Shown here in pieces: positions 47,314 to 57,900 of a stretch of 64,000 nt of DNA. The notes under the pieces were generated by a model. It was not told the DNA's origin. It saw only the letters and a list, made by a program, of their open reading frames with translations, and did no database searches. This DNA is from Spirochaetia bacterium (lineage in GTDB: Bacteria > Spirochaetota > Leptospiria > Turneriellales > JAOUOS01): positions 19,485 to 83,484 of the forward strand of contig JAOUOT010000001.1 of NCBI GenBank assembly GCA_029880265.1. Reading direction: 5' to 3'. The position numbers and the translations under genes were made by a program. Position 1 is the stretch's first letter; the number at the start of each line of letters is the position of its first letter.

Positions 47314-48105
47314 ATGTCGCTAACCGAAGAACAAAAAAAAGAAATAATAAAACTGCAAAATCTTGCGAAACAATATGAAGGGATAATTCGCACTTCACGA
47401 AACGAAGTACAATTAAATCGAAGTAAAATAGATTTAAAGAAAATAAAAGATCGTATAGACGAACTTTGTCCGAACGGCATACCGGCATCGTTGGTTGAAA
47501 GGTCTTCGTCTCATACCGAGAAAGTAAATATAAACCGAACTATCGAAAAATATGAAATTTTATCGCGTTTTACAGTCGAAAAAATCTCGCCTCATTGTGA
47601 AGACGACGAAATAAACTTATTGGCTTCGATTTTTAACGTATGGGAAATTGAATTTTTACCGGCCTTAGGAGAGTCTCATATTAAACTTGACTTTTCGATG
47701 TCTAATGAAAGAGACAGTCATTATTCCGGTATAGAAAGTTTTAAACGTCAACTTAAAGTTTTAATAGAAACTATTGAAGATTATCATTCTGCCGTAAGAG
47801 ATGACGTGAAATTACAGTTAAAAGACATGAAACAGCGTCATACAAGAGCATTTTTAAATGAAGGCGCTTTACTGATAAAAAAATATCGAGACTTCTGGAA
47901 AATTATCAACAACGATATAAGAACCGGCGGCAACCGTTGCTTAAATAAAAACGACATTGTTGAATTTAACCTAAGGTTTGAAAAACCTACTTTTTTGCAG
48001 GGTTTGCCTATTCCTCAGGTTATTAACATGACTGAAAAATTTCTTGTAGAAGCAATTGATGCGCTAAGACTTCCTGAAATTCCTACAGCGCATGAAAACA
48101 GATAA
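47314..48105 (+). CDS. Hypothetical protein (263 aa), no recognised domain
   Basis: ORF with coiled-coil-like N-terminus. Followed 59 bp later by a Nudix gene. Confidence 0.45.
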   Translation: MSLTEEQKKEIIKLQNLAKQYEGIIRTSRNEVQLNRSKIDLKKIKDRIDELCPNGIPASLVERSSSHTEKVNINRTIEKYEILSRFTVEKISPHCEDDEINLLASIFNVWEIEFLPALGESHIKLDFSMSNERDSHYSGIESFKRQLKVLIETIEDYHSAVRDDVKLQLKDMKQRHTRAFLNEGALLIKKYRDFWKIINNDIRTGGNRCLNKNDIVEFNLRFEKPTFLQGLPIPQVINMTEKFLVEAIDALRLPEIPTAHENR

Positions 48106-48164
48106 AAATCACGCCTTTAGACGTTAAAGGGCTGTTTTAACAAGTCTGCCTTAATACTTAACAT

Positions 48165-48605
48165 ATGCCAAACAGACGAATACGAATAGCAGGAATTTTT
48201 ATTCAAAATAAATCTCTTTTATTGGTAAAACATAAAAAAAATAATAAAGAATATTTTCTACTGCCAGGCGGCGCGCAGGAAAACGGAGAATCAATGACAG
48301 ACGCCCTCAAAAGAGAATGGGAAGAAGAGCTAAGCGTAAAAGCGTCTATCGGAGAATGCGCGTTTATAGGAGAATCAATTCCTCCGAATGGCGTTGATAA
48401 AAATCATATTTTACAGTTTGTTTTTCAGATAAAATCGTTCTCTGGCGTGCTTAAAGTAAATTCTGACGGAACTCTTATTGACTTTGCGTGGATACCTCTT
48501 ATAAATTTAGAAAAAACGGTTTTGTTTCCCGATTGCGCGACTCAAATTATTGACTTCTTAAACAATAAGCGACCCTGCTTTTATAAAAAATATAAATGGA
48601 TATAA
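48165..48605 (+). CDS. Nudix hydrolase
   Basis: Nudix box GGAQENGESMTDALKREWEEELSV (Gx5Ex7REUxEExGU). Confidence 0.8.
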   Translation: MPNRRIRIAGIFIQNKSLLLVKHKKNNKEYFLLPGGAQENGESMTDALKREWEEELSVKASIGECAFIGESIPPNGVDKNHILQFVFQIKSFSGVLKVNSDGTLIDFAWIPLINLEKTVLFPDCATQIIDFLNNKRPCFYKKYKWI

Positions 48606-48691
48606 TAATAATTTTAGGCCGATAATATACATAAATAATGACATTATAATAAGGCTCGACCGCTTCTCAAGCCGCTTTTAAATATGAAAAA

Positions 48692-51600
48692 ATGAAATTT
48701 TTCAATAAAAATAAATATATAATATTTTGCGCTTCTTTTCTTTTTATTGCCGCTTTTCAGTCAAATATTTATGCAAAAGTAACATTTAAGAATTTTCAGG
48801 CAAAATTGCCGAGTCCTTTTATTAAAGATATAAAAGTTACCGCTTCTTATTTTTGGATTGCAACTGCGGCCGGGTTGGTCCGTTATGATATTTCTGATAA
48901 AGACTTGGTTGTTTACGGCAAAAAGCACGGATTGCCTGACGACTTTATTACGTCAATTGCTGTAGAGCCTGACGAGAAAACAGTTTGGGTGGGAACGCCT
49001 TCGGGTATAGGAAAACTAAATACCGGTACACAGAAAACTATCGTTTACAATAAAGCCAAAAAAAACTTAGGGGACGATAAAATCAACGTATTACTGCTTG
49101 ATAAAGGAACTCTATATGTAGGCACGCAGCTTGGCGTTGATAAATTTCAAAATAATGACTGGACACATTATACGGCAATTGAGGGTCTTGCAGGCGATAA
49201 TATACAGGCTCTTGCGATAGATGGAGACGTAATTTGGGCGGGCGGAGGCGACGGCATAAGCTATTACGATAAAAATGACGACTTCTGGATAAGCTATGAC
49301 GCTTCAAACGGATTGAATAACTCGCTTGTAACCAGTCTCGCGATTGACGCTGACGCTATCTGGGTAGGCACCATGGGCGGCGGCGTTTCGCGTTTTGATA
49401 AAAGCACAGAGCGCTTTGAACCATATACTGCTGTCGAAGGCCTAGCCGATGATTATGTTCAATGCCTTATGGATGACGGTATCTATTTATGGGTGGGAAC
49501 TTTTGACGGCTTAAGCAGATTAGAAAAGAAATCTCTTTTATTTCAAAATTTTCACTCGCAGGAAGGCATTAAAGAACCGTCTGTATATTCGGGAATAGTC
49601 TACGGAAATAACCTCTACCTGGGTACTGACGGAGGCTCTATTTTTATTGGCGATAAAGCTATACCGCAGGTTTCATATTCAAGTCAAAAAAGCGGATATA
49701 AAAAAAAGGAAAATATAGAAATATATGGAACCATCTTATCAAATGTCAGTCTATCTTCATTAGAGCTTTCGTATAAACAAATAGAATCAACCGATAACAA
49801 ATGGCTTAGAAAAGGTATTGATGTAGAAAGCCCCGAAAACGGACAAGATATTTTACTGGGCACGATCAGCACAAAAAGTCTCAAAGAGGGAAAATATCAT
49901 ATTTTAATTCGGGTTAAAGACAGCGATAATAGAGAAAATCAAACCTCAGGCATGTTTATTGTCGATAAAACGCCGCCCCAGATCAGTATTTTTTTCAGAA
50001 CCCCTAAACCCGGCGAAAAAGAAGTCATGGTAAGCGGCAGATATATTGATATGAATCTGGAAAACCTAAATGTAAAAATTGGAAATCAAAGCGTAAAAGT
50101 TTCAATAGACAGGCAGCAAAAAACATTTCGCTTTCCTTATCCCATAGCCTCTGGAAAAACAATTTTTATCGAGGCTACTGACATAGCGAAAAATACCGTT
50201 AAAATATCTAAAGAATATATGGTTGATAGAGCCCCTCCTCAGCTTACAGTCAACGAGATAGATAAGAATAGAATAGAATCAAATCTTGCCATTATCACCG
50301 GTACCGCAACCGACGAAAATCTGGATCGCGTAGTTATTCATCCGGGAGAAATCGAAGCGAAACTGACCCCGACCGGCAATAATGTTTATGAATTTGAAGC
50401 GGTTGCGCCTATTAAAACAGAGGGTCTATTTACTTTTCAGGTTACTGCCATAGACAAAGCGGGCAGAAGCTCAACAAAATCTACAAAGCCTATTGATATA
50501 AGAATCAGCAGTACAATTATTGAAATTGAAAAAGATAAGATCCCCGAATATACCATTAAAGATTCGGTAGAAATTAGCGGCTATGTCTTAGGACCGCTGC
50601 CTAAGGAGATTTATTTATTGCCGAATAGACATCAAATTACAATTAAAAAAGATAAAAGCTTTTCATATAAGATGCCGCTGATTCGAAATGAAGTAAATAA
50701 AATTAAGCTTGTTTATATTGACGATAAAGATGAAAAGCATTCCCCTTTTTCTGCTGATATAGAATCGGGAAGCGATAATGTAGACACAAGAATAGATCCC
50801 GAATCTAAAAGTTTCAGGGAAAATATTGTTACAATAAAAGGATCTTACGACAGAGGAATTGCAAGAATATTAGTAAACGGAAAACCGGTAAAAATGAATG
50901 AGAATACCAGAACATACGTGTTTGACGCTAACTTAAAAGAAGGCCAAAATCAAATTAATATAACAACAGTTGACGAGCTTGGCAGATTAAAAAAGAAAAA
51001 AGAAACTGTTTATTTAGACAGACAAAAGCCAAACCTTTTTATTCGTCCGCTTCCGAGACAAACGGGATTGCAGTCAATTAAGTTTAAAGGCGTTGTTAAC
51101 GACGCCTCAAGTTTTGAGTTAAATGTGTTTCCCTCGGCTCATATCGAGTATTTTGATACGGTTAAGGGCGAATTTGAAGGAATTCTAAACCTTGAAAAAG
51201 GCTCAAACAAAATATTTTTTATTGCAATAGATTATGCCGGCAATCGCGTTGTGCAAGATTACATAATTCAACATGATATATCGTTTGCAAAAGTAGAAGT
51301 GGGCGAAGGAGCCCAAAATATTGACGAAATACTGGAACTTCGGGCAGAGATTGAGCGTTTAAAAAAATTATTGGCTTCGGGAAAAAAAGTTTCTATAACA
51401 AGAACCGGACTCATGCGCTCGAAATTGCCCGCAAAACCGGGTTTGTTTCTGGTTCCCATGGGCGGCAAAACAGGAAGCTACGACGTAGCCGCAAAACTAT
51501 ACTTAGGCAATGAACTCTATGCCGATACTATTGCCGCCTTTAACGGAAAAAACGCTAAAAAACTCACCAAGGTTCTTGTACCGACCCCTGAACTTTTTAG

Positions 51601-51913
51601 AATGCTTACAAAAAGTAAAAACCGCGAAATTTTTGAAAAAATAATTGAGCAGACAGGCAGACAATTTATTAAAAATCAAAATATAAATATGCTTAAAAAA
51701 AACCTTTTAGGCTATCTAATGAGGGGTAAATATCTGAAGAACGCCGAGAATATAAAAGGCGCCTTAATATTTAAGCTGAAAAATAACGCAGCAGTAGTAT
51801 TATTGTCGGATAATCAAAAAATTAACAGAGATTTACTTAAAAAAATAAGTATAAAAGAAATGCTAATCGCCCGAGTATCTAAGAAAGGCCTGTTGTTTAG
51901 CAGTTTAAAATGA
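48692..51913 (+). CDS. Secreted two-component-regulator-propeller (Reg_prop) repeat protein with Ig-like domains, no kinase domain
   Basis: Signal peptide. At least seven W/Y-x-G-T propeller repeats (VWVGTPSGIGKL, LYVGTQLGVDKF, IWAGGGDGISYY, IWVGTMGGGVSRF, LWVGTFDGLSRL). Downstream Ig-like segments and coiled coil. No HisKA/HATPase motifs. Confidence 0.55.
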   Translation: MKFFNKNKYIIFCASFLFIAAFQSNIYAKVTFKNFQAKLPSPFIKDIKVTASYFWIATAAGLVRYDISDKDLVVYGKKHGLPDDFITSIAVEPDEKTVWVGTPSGIGKLNTGTQKTIVYNKAKKNLGDDKINVLLLDKGTLYVGTQLGVDKFQNNDWTHYTAIEGLAGDNIQALAIDGDVIWAGGGDGISYYDKNDDFWISYDASNGLNNSLVTSLAIDADAIWVGTMGGGVSRFDKSTERFEPYTAVEGLADDYVQCLMDDGIYLWVGTFDGLSRLEKKSLLFQNFHSQEGIKEPSVYSGIVYGNNLYLGTDGGSIFIGDKAIPQVSYSSQKSGYKKKENIEIYGTILSNVSLSSLELSYKQIESTDNKWLRKGIDVESPENGQDILLGTISTKSLKEGKYHILIRVKDSDNRENQTSGMFIVDKTPPQISIFFRTPKPGEKEVMVSGRYIDMNLENLNVKIGNQSVKVSIDRQQKTFRFPYPIASGKTIFIEATDIAKNTVKISKEYMVDRAPPQLTVNEIDKNRIESNLAIITGTATDENLDRVVIHPGEIEAKLTPTGNNVYEFEAVAPIKTEGLFTFQVTAIDKAGRSSTKSTKPIDIRISSTIIEIEKDKIPEYTIKDSVEISGYVLGPLPKEIYLLPNRHQITIKKDKSFSYKMPLIRNEVNKIKLVYIDDKDEKHSPFSADIESGSDNVDTRIDPESKSFRENIVTIKGSYDRGIARILVNGKPVKMNENTRTYVFDANLKEGQNQINITTVDELGRLKKKKETVYLDRQKPNLFIRPLPRQTGLQSIKFKGVVNDASSFELNVFPSAHIEYFDTVKGEFEGILNLEKGSNKIFFIAIDYAGNRVVQDYIIQHDISFAKVEVGEGAQNIDEILELRAEIERLKKLLASGKKVSITRTGLMRSKLPAKPGLFLVPMGGKTGSYDVAAKLYLGNELYADTIAAFNGKNAKKLTKVLVPTPELFRMLTKSKNREIFEKIIEQTGRQFIKNQNINMLKKNLLGYLMRGKYLKNAENIKGALIFKLKNNAAVVLLSDNQKINRDLLKKISIKEMLIARVSKKGLLFSSLK

Positions 51914-54210
51914 TAAAAAAGTTAAGCGTAAAAAAAATACTTTTTATAGTTTGCGTTTTTGCCGGTTTAATCTTTTTCCTGGAAAATTATTATATTAAAC
52001 CCTCAAGAAAACATGAATTATTAAAGGGATATGTTCATACTTTGCAGGAAGAACAGGCAAGGGCCTTTGCTCAGATACAGGAACAATCTCAAAACGGCTC
52101 ATGGGATAAATTTTTTCTTGTAAAGATGCTTACTGAAGACAACCTTAACGAGATTAAAAAATCAAACAGACAAATAAAAGATATCGCGCTTATTGATTCT
52201 GAATATCATATAATAGGGCAGACTATTTCAGAAAATTATTTATCAGAAATTATTCTTTTTATAAAAAAGGCCGGCTCTTCATTGAACCGTCAAAATTTCT
52301 TATTATCAAGCGGATGGTATAGTATTTTTATCATAAAAAATAACGGCGATAATTTACTCGGCTTCTTGCTTATACAATGGAAACTCTTAAAACCGCCCGA
52401 TAATCTTGGCGTATTTTTAACCACTCCGTCTGCAAAAAGCGTTTATCTCGCGCCTGTTTCTTTTTTAAACGACAATCAAAAAAATATATTCATGAATTTT
52501 CTAGAGTCAAACAGGTTGTACAATGAATATTTTTACTATATTAAAATAGACGAGAAAAATTATGACCTTTCGATAGATTATATTGAAAATGAAAATTTTT
52601 ATTTAGGTTTTTTACAGCCTTCGCGGCCCCTGTTTCATTCTATCAGTTTTTATTTTTTAGCTATTTCTGCCATTAGCCTCTTCATTCATTTTATTGTAGA
52701 TTCAAAAAAAGAGTCTTCTACGCCTGAGGTTAAAAACAATTATGAAAACATAAGGAAAATTCTTGAAACGCAAAAACAGGCTTTAACTTCAATGGAAAGC
52801 GGCCTGGAAAATCTTAGAAAAACCTATACTGGAACTTCAGATATGCCGGTTGAAAAATCGGTTAAAGCCGCGGTAATTGAAAAAGAAGAAAAGCCAGATG
52901 AAGACGATGAAGAAATATTTTCTATACTTGATAAAGAAGTATCGCCCGATAAAACTCTGGAACTTAGAAAAGTAAAAAGAGAATTTCAGTTTCTTGATAC
53001 CTTTGAAAAGCATCCTGAAGCGACGTTTGAGGTTTCAAAAGAAATTGAAAGCCTCTCTTCAGAAGAAATGGTTACAGATAAAGAGCAAGAAGTAAGACAA
53101 AAAGCGTTTACTCCCGAATTGCGCGAATTAATCAACGATATCAGAGAAGTTATTCGCGAGGCCAAAGAAACAAAAGAAAACAAAGAATCTATAAATATCG
53201 ATACTGAAATTGTCAGACCAGAAGAAAATCGCCTGAAAAAAGAAAAGTCAGAAAAAATATTTACGCCAGAGCTTCGCGACTTAATTAAAGAAGTAAAGAA
53301 AGAAGAGCCAATACTCCCAAGAAAATCGCATGAACAAAATAATCTATTAGAAAATAAAATTACTGAAATTGAAGAGAAAATAAACTTAGCGAATATTAAC
53401 GAATTTGATTCTAAATTAAATGAAATTTATTTTGACGACATAAGTATAGGCGAACTAAAAGATTTAATTTCATTGTTTCGAAAAAAATTAAACGCAAGCG
53501 CCTCTTCTTTGCTGTATTTCAGGCAAGACCTGGGGTGTTATCAGACTGTTTTATCAGAAAACTTACCTTCAGATTTTGATAAAACCTTTTATATGCTGGA
53601 AAATGATTTTAGAATTCGAGAAGAATCGATAGAAAAACCTGTTTTTATAGAAATTGACGAAAATCATAAAAACGATATTTTCTTTACTAAACGTTTTCCT
53701 GCCGATGTTTTAGATAAATTAAAAGAAATTTTAATTATTCCGTTAAAAGAATATCATTTTGACGGATATTTTTATTTTATGTATGACGAAGATGCTGAAA
53801 ATAAAGACAATATCATAGAACAGGCCCAAAAAACAATAAAAGAACTTTCGCCTGCAATAAAGTATTATTTTCAAAAAAAAGAAATTCACGATATAATAAA
53901 CCAGGCGGCAGATTTAACCCAGGAATTGAATTTGATAACAGCCGTTGGCAGAGAACCCGCTAAAATACTGCATATCTACCCTAAAAAAGCTATAACAAAA
54001 TCAGAATTTCAAGAATTAAAAAAAGAGTTAAGTAAGAAACTTAATGGGCATGAAAGAATGATACTAAATTCGCCCAGTCATCTTCTTTTTCTATTGAAAG
54101 AAAATTTTTGCGAATCAATTATAAACATTGTATCTGAAAAGCTAGAAATCGCCAATTCTAAAGAATTGCATTATCCCGATAGAAGCAGTAATTTCTTTAA
54201 TTATATTTAA
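51910..54210 (+). CDS. Large membrane protein (766 aa; two TM helices bracketing a periplasmic domain; long coiled-coil/acidic cytoplasmic region)
   Basis: Start overlaps the previous stop (ATGA). TMs at about aa 10-30 and 240-262. No recognisable catalytic domain. Confidence 0.5.
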   Translation: MIKKLSVKKILFIVCVFAGLIFFLENYYIKPSRKHELLKGYVHTLQEEQARAFAQIQEQSQNGSWDKFFLVKMLTEDNLNEIKKSNRQIKDIALIDSEYHIIGQTISENYLSEIILFIKKAGSSLNRQNFLLSSGWYSIFIIKNNGDNLLGFLLIQWKLLKPPDNLGVFLTTPSAKSVYLAPVSFLNDNQKNIFMNFLESNRLYNEYFYYIKIDEKNYDLSIDYIENENFYLGFLQPSRPLFHSISFYFLAISAISLFIHFIVDSKKESSTPEVKNNYENIRKILETQKQALTSMESGLENLRKTYTGTSDMPVEKSVKAAVIEKEEKPDEDDEEIFSILDKEVSPDKTLELRKVKREFQFLDTFEKHPEATFEVSKEIESLSSEEMVTDKEQEVRQKAFTPELRELINDIREVIREAKETKENKESINIDTEIVRPEENRLKKEKSEKIFTPELRDLIKEVKKEEPILPRKSHEQNNLLENKITEIEEKINLANINEFDSKLNEIYFDDISIGELKDLISLFRKKLNASASSLLYFRQDLGCYQTVLSENLPSDFDKTFYMLENDFRIREESIEKPVFIEIDENHKNDIFFTKRFPADVLDKLKEILIIPLKEYHFDGYFYFMYDEDAENKDNIIEQAQKTIKELSPAIKYYFQKKEIHDIINQAADLTQELNLITAVGREPAKILHIYPKKAITKSEFQELKKELSKKLNGHERMILNSPSHLLFLLKENFCESIINIVSEKLEIANSKELHYPDRSSNFFNYI

Positions 54211-54362
54211 CACAACTTTAATATTCCATTAAAAATAACCTTTTCTCGCTAATATCAAGCGTGCGTTTAAGTTCTAAAACGAAGATAAATCTTATTCTCT
54301 TTCTCAAGATTAGCCTATCTGGTATCCGTTATTATATATGAACAAATAACTCCAGACGCTTC

Positions 54363-54938
54363 ATGAAAAATAATTTAAATATATTTTTTGCATTTATATT
54401 GGGAACCTTCTTTTTTTCATCGGGCGTATATTCAAAGAACTGCGATACAACATTTGTAACAAAAGAAAAAAATCTAAAGAAAACATACGCCAAGCTTAGT
54501 GAAATTTCCTTAAAATGCGGCGTTTCGTCTGATATATTTTTAGAGCATTCCGAAAAAGCAATCTTGGCCGAAAGACCGATTGAGGCCTTATGGTCGGCTC
54601 AAAAAGGAATTTGGAGACTTAAACCGAACTCTAACCAAGAATTACGCCTGCGCTTATATTTAGCGAGAGGCACCGCTCTTTTAAAATTAAACCGATACGA
54701 AGAAGCGATAATTCATCTGCGAAAGGCCTCTCTTGATTATCACGAAGGAAGACCAGTATGGGGGCAAAAAAGAGAAATAGTTCAAAGAGCATACCTGATG
54801 CTTGTAAAAACATACTTTGAAAAAGAAAATGAAAAAATTTCAAAAGACGTATTATTTTTGATTTCTTTATTTAATGAAAAATTCCCCAAGAGCCCATATC
54901 TTTCACTGGTTAAAAACTGGCTTAAAGAAAACAGGTAA
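54363..54938 (+). CDS. Secreted TPR-like hypothetical protein
   Basis: Signal peptide. Helical repeat composition. Confidence 0.45.
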   Translation: MKNNLNIFFAFILGTFFFSSGVYSKNCDTTFVTKEKNLKKTYAKLSEISLKCGVSSDIFLEHSEKAILAERPIEALWSAQKGIWRLKPNSNQELRLRLYLARGTALLKLNRYEEAIIHLRKASLDYHEGRPVWGQKREIVQRAYLMLVKTYFEKENEKISKDVLFLISLFNEKFPKSPYLSLVKNWLKENR

Positions 54939-54952
54939 AACTGATTCTAATT

Positions 54953-57900
54953 TCAATAAACGCTTTCTTTTATAGAGCGACCAGATTTTAACATCTCTAT
55001 AAAGTCTTCTTTTTTAACGGGGGGCGAAAACAAATAGCCCTGCATTTCGTCGCATTTACTTTCTTGAAGAAACTGAAGCTCGTCTTCGGTTTCTACGCCT
55101 TCTGCTATCACTTTTAGCCCCAGGTTATGCCCCATAGAAATTACGGCAGAAACGATAGAAGCGTCTTCGGGATGTTCCAGCATATTTTTAACAAAAGATT
55201 GATCAATTTTTAATGCCGTAATCGGAAATTGTTTCAAATAATTTAAAGACGAGTAACCCGTGCCAAAATCGTCAATATATATAGTAATATTCATTTCTTT
55301 TAATTTATTCATTATATTAATGGCGTTTTGCATATCGTTCATTAAAGAAGTTTCGGTTAATTCAATGCCGAGCTGCTCGGGTTTTATTTTATTTTTTTCA
55401 ATAACTGATTTTATCTTTTCGATTATTTGAGAATCAAATAATTGCGCGGCCGCTAAATTAACGGCAATACTGATATCTTTATATCCTAAATCTGTTAAGC
55501 GCCTGACATCTTCGCAAGTTTTATTTAATACAATTTCGCCCATTGCGCTAATCATACCGGTTTCTTCGGCAATCGGTATAAATTCGCCCGGGCTTATAAT
55601 TCCTTTTTCTGGATGTATCCAGCGAATTAACGCCTCTGCTCCGGTTATCTTTCCCGTTTTTATGTTAAGCTTTGGCTGATAAAATGGAACAAATTCATTA
55701 TTTGCGATGGCTTTTCTTATCTCGGTTTCAAGCTCTAGCCTTTTAATATTTACCGTATTCATCGTTTCAGTGTACATAAGAATTTTTTTATCGCCCGATT
55801 TTTTTGCTCTCGACATGGCGGTGTTAGCTCTTGTCAAAAGTTCATTTGCATTTTTACCGTCATTAGGAAAAACCGACGCGCCAATGCTGGCTGTTATATA
55901 AAGCTTTTTATCAGAAATATTAAACGCTTGAGAGAAAGCCGATGAAATCAAATGAAGCGAATTAATAATTTCGGCAAGATTTTTTTTATCTCTTAAAACA
56001 AAGGCAAATTCGTCGCCGCCAAATCTTGAGATAATATCATTTTCATTTATAACTTTTCTAAGTTTTTCGCTGATTTCTTTTAGAAGCTTATCTCCGGCTG
56101 AATGCCCAAAAGAGTCGTTTATGTTTTTAAATCTGTCGATTCCCACAAACGCGACCCCAATAAGATGATTTTTATCGTTTTGTTTTATGCTTTGCTCTAA
56201 CCGATCGGTCAATAGATGCTTGTTCGCCAGTTTGGTCAATGGGTCATGAGATGAGTGATAAACCGCCTCTTCTTCTTTCTTTTTAATTTCGGTTAAATCA
56301 TGAAAAATACCTATATAGCGGTTTGTTTTCCCGAAAGCGTCCTGAAAAGCGCTTATCGTCAGCCACTGAGGGTATGCTTCTCCGCTTTTTTTGCGGTTCC
56401 AGATTTCGCCTTCCCATTTTCGTTCTTTTTCGAGTCTAGACCACATTTCTGAAAATATTTTTTCATCCTGATCGTCTGCACGCAAAAGCGCGGGAGTTTG
56501 ACCAATCGCTTCTTCTGGCTTATATCCCGTTATATCTGTAAAAGCCTTATTTACATATTCAATGTTCCCCTTTTCGTCTGTTACCATGACCCCTTCAATA
56601 GAATTATTAAAAACCTCTTTGGCCGCTAAAAGCTCATTTTCGGTCTGTTTAATGTCGGTAATATCATGAACTGTTCCTATCATTTTTACGGGATTATCGT
56701 TTTCATAATAAACCTCTCCCATTTCTAAAACTATGCGAATAGATCCGTCTGATCTGACAACGCGATGATTCACTTTATAGGCGTCATGATTTTTAATCGC
56801 TACATTTACACCATTGGTAACCATATCTCTGTCGTCAGGGTGAACATAGTTTAAAAACGCCTCATAAGTGGCCCCGAAAGACTGCGGCTCTACCCCAAAT
56901 ATGCGGTAGACTTCGTCTGACCATGAGAGGTTATTCTCAACCATATCCCATTCCCAGCTGCCTAAATGCCCTATTCTTTGCGCTCTTTTTAAGAAATCCT
57001 GACTTTTTTCAAGAGCCTTTTGGGTTTTCTTAAAAACGCTTAAATCTTGCGCCACGCATATTACATGAATTTCTTCGGAGCTTTGATCTTTAATAAGAGT
57101 GGCCGACAATAAGACGGGTACTTTCTCTTTGTTTTTTTTTCTCAAAACCCTTTCATCGGCAGAAAGGTAACCGAAATCAAACAGTTCTTCTATTTTTGAC
57201 TTTGAGAAAATATAATTTTCAGAATTGTTTAGAAATATGATATCGGCAGATTTTCCCGTCAGTTCGTTTTCTGAATATTCTAAAATATTTTCAGCCGAGA
57301 TATTTACTTTTTTAATTCTGGTTTCATAACCGCCGTTTTTTTGAATTAAAGATACAATAATTAAAATATCGCTTAGAGACGTTAATATTTCATTCATATA
57401 ATCGCGCGAAACGGTCGTTTTTTCAAGCTTGTCAATTAATTCGTTGTAGCTTTCGGCGAGATACTCTATTTCGTCTTTTGAGTTGATTTGAATTTTTTCG
57501 GGCTTTTCGCCTTTCGATAGATATTTAATTCCTTCGGCTAATTTCATGATTGGGTATGATATTTTTTTAGAAAAATAAAGAGCGGTTATAAACGCCGGTA
57601 TAAATAAAAATAAAGAAATAATTAATATCCAGTTTCTAAAATCGTTTATGGGAGAAAAAGCTTCATAAAGATCAACCTTAGAAATTATGGCGCAATTCTT
57701 ATCATAAAGCTCAACCGGCCCATATGAAGCCAGTACAGATTCTTTACGATAATCTTCAAAAATCCCCTGACCAGATTGACCCTGCATTGCCATTTTTACG
57801 TGCCTGCCCGCGGCGGGCTGAAACAATATAGTGGTGTTAAAGTTTTTTATATTGTCCCGTATATTTTTCAATAATATAAATTGGTCAAGACTCTTGAAAT

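Noticed and set aside
47084-47488. ORFs 47084..47311 (+), 47234..47488 (-) and 47280..47480 (-) around the dnaE end/spacer
   Set aside because: They overlap the dnaE 3' end or the start of the 47314 gene in an AT-rich spacer. No RBS. Low-complexity translations.
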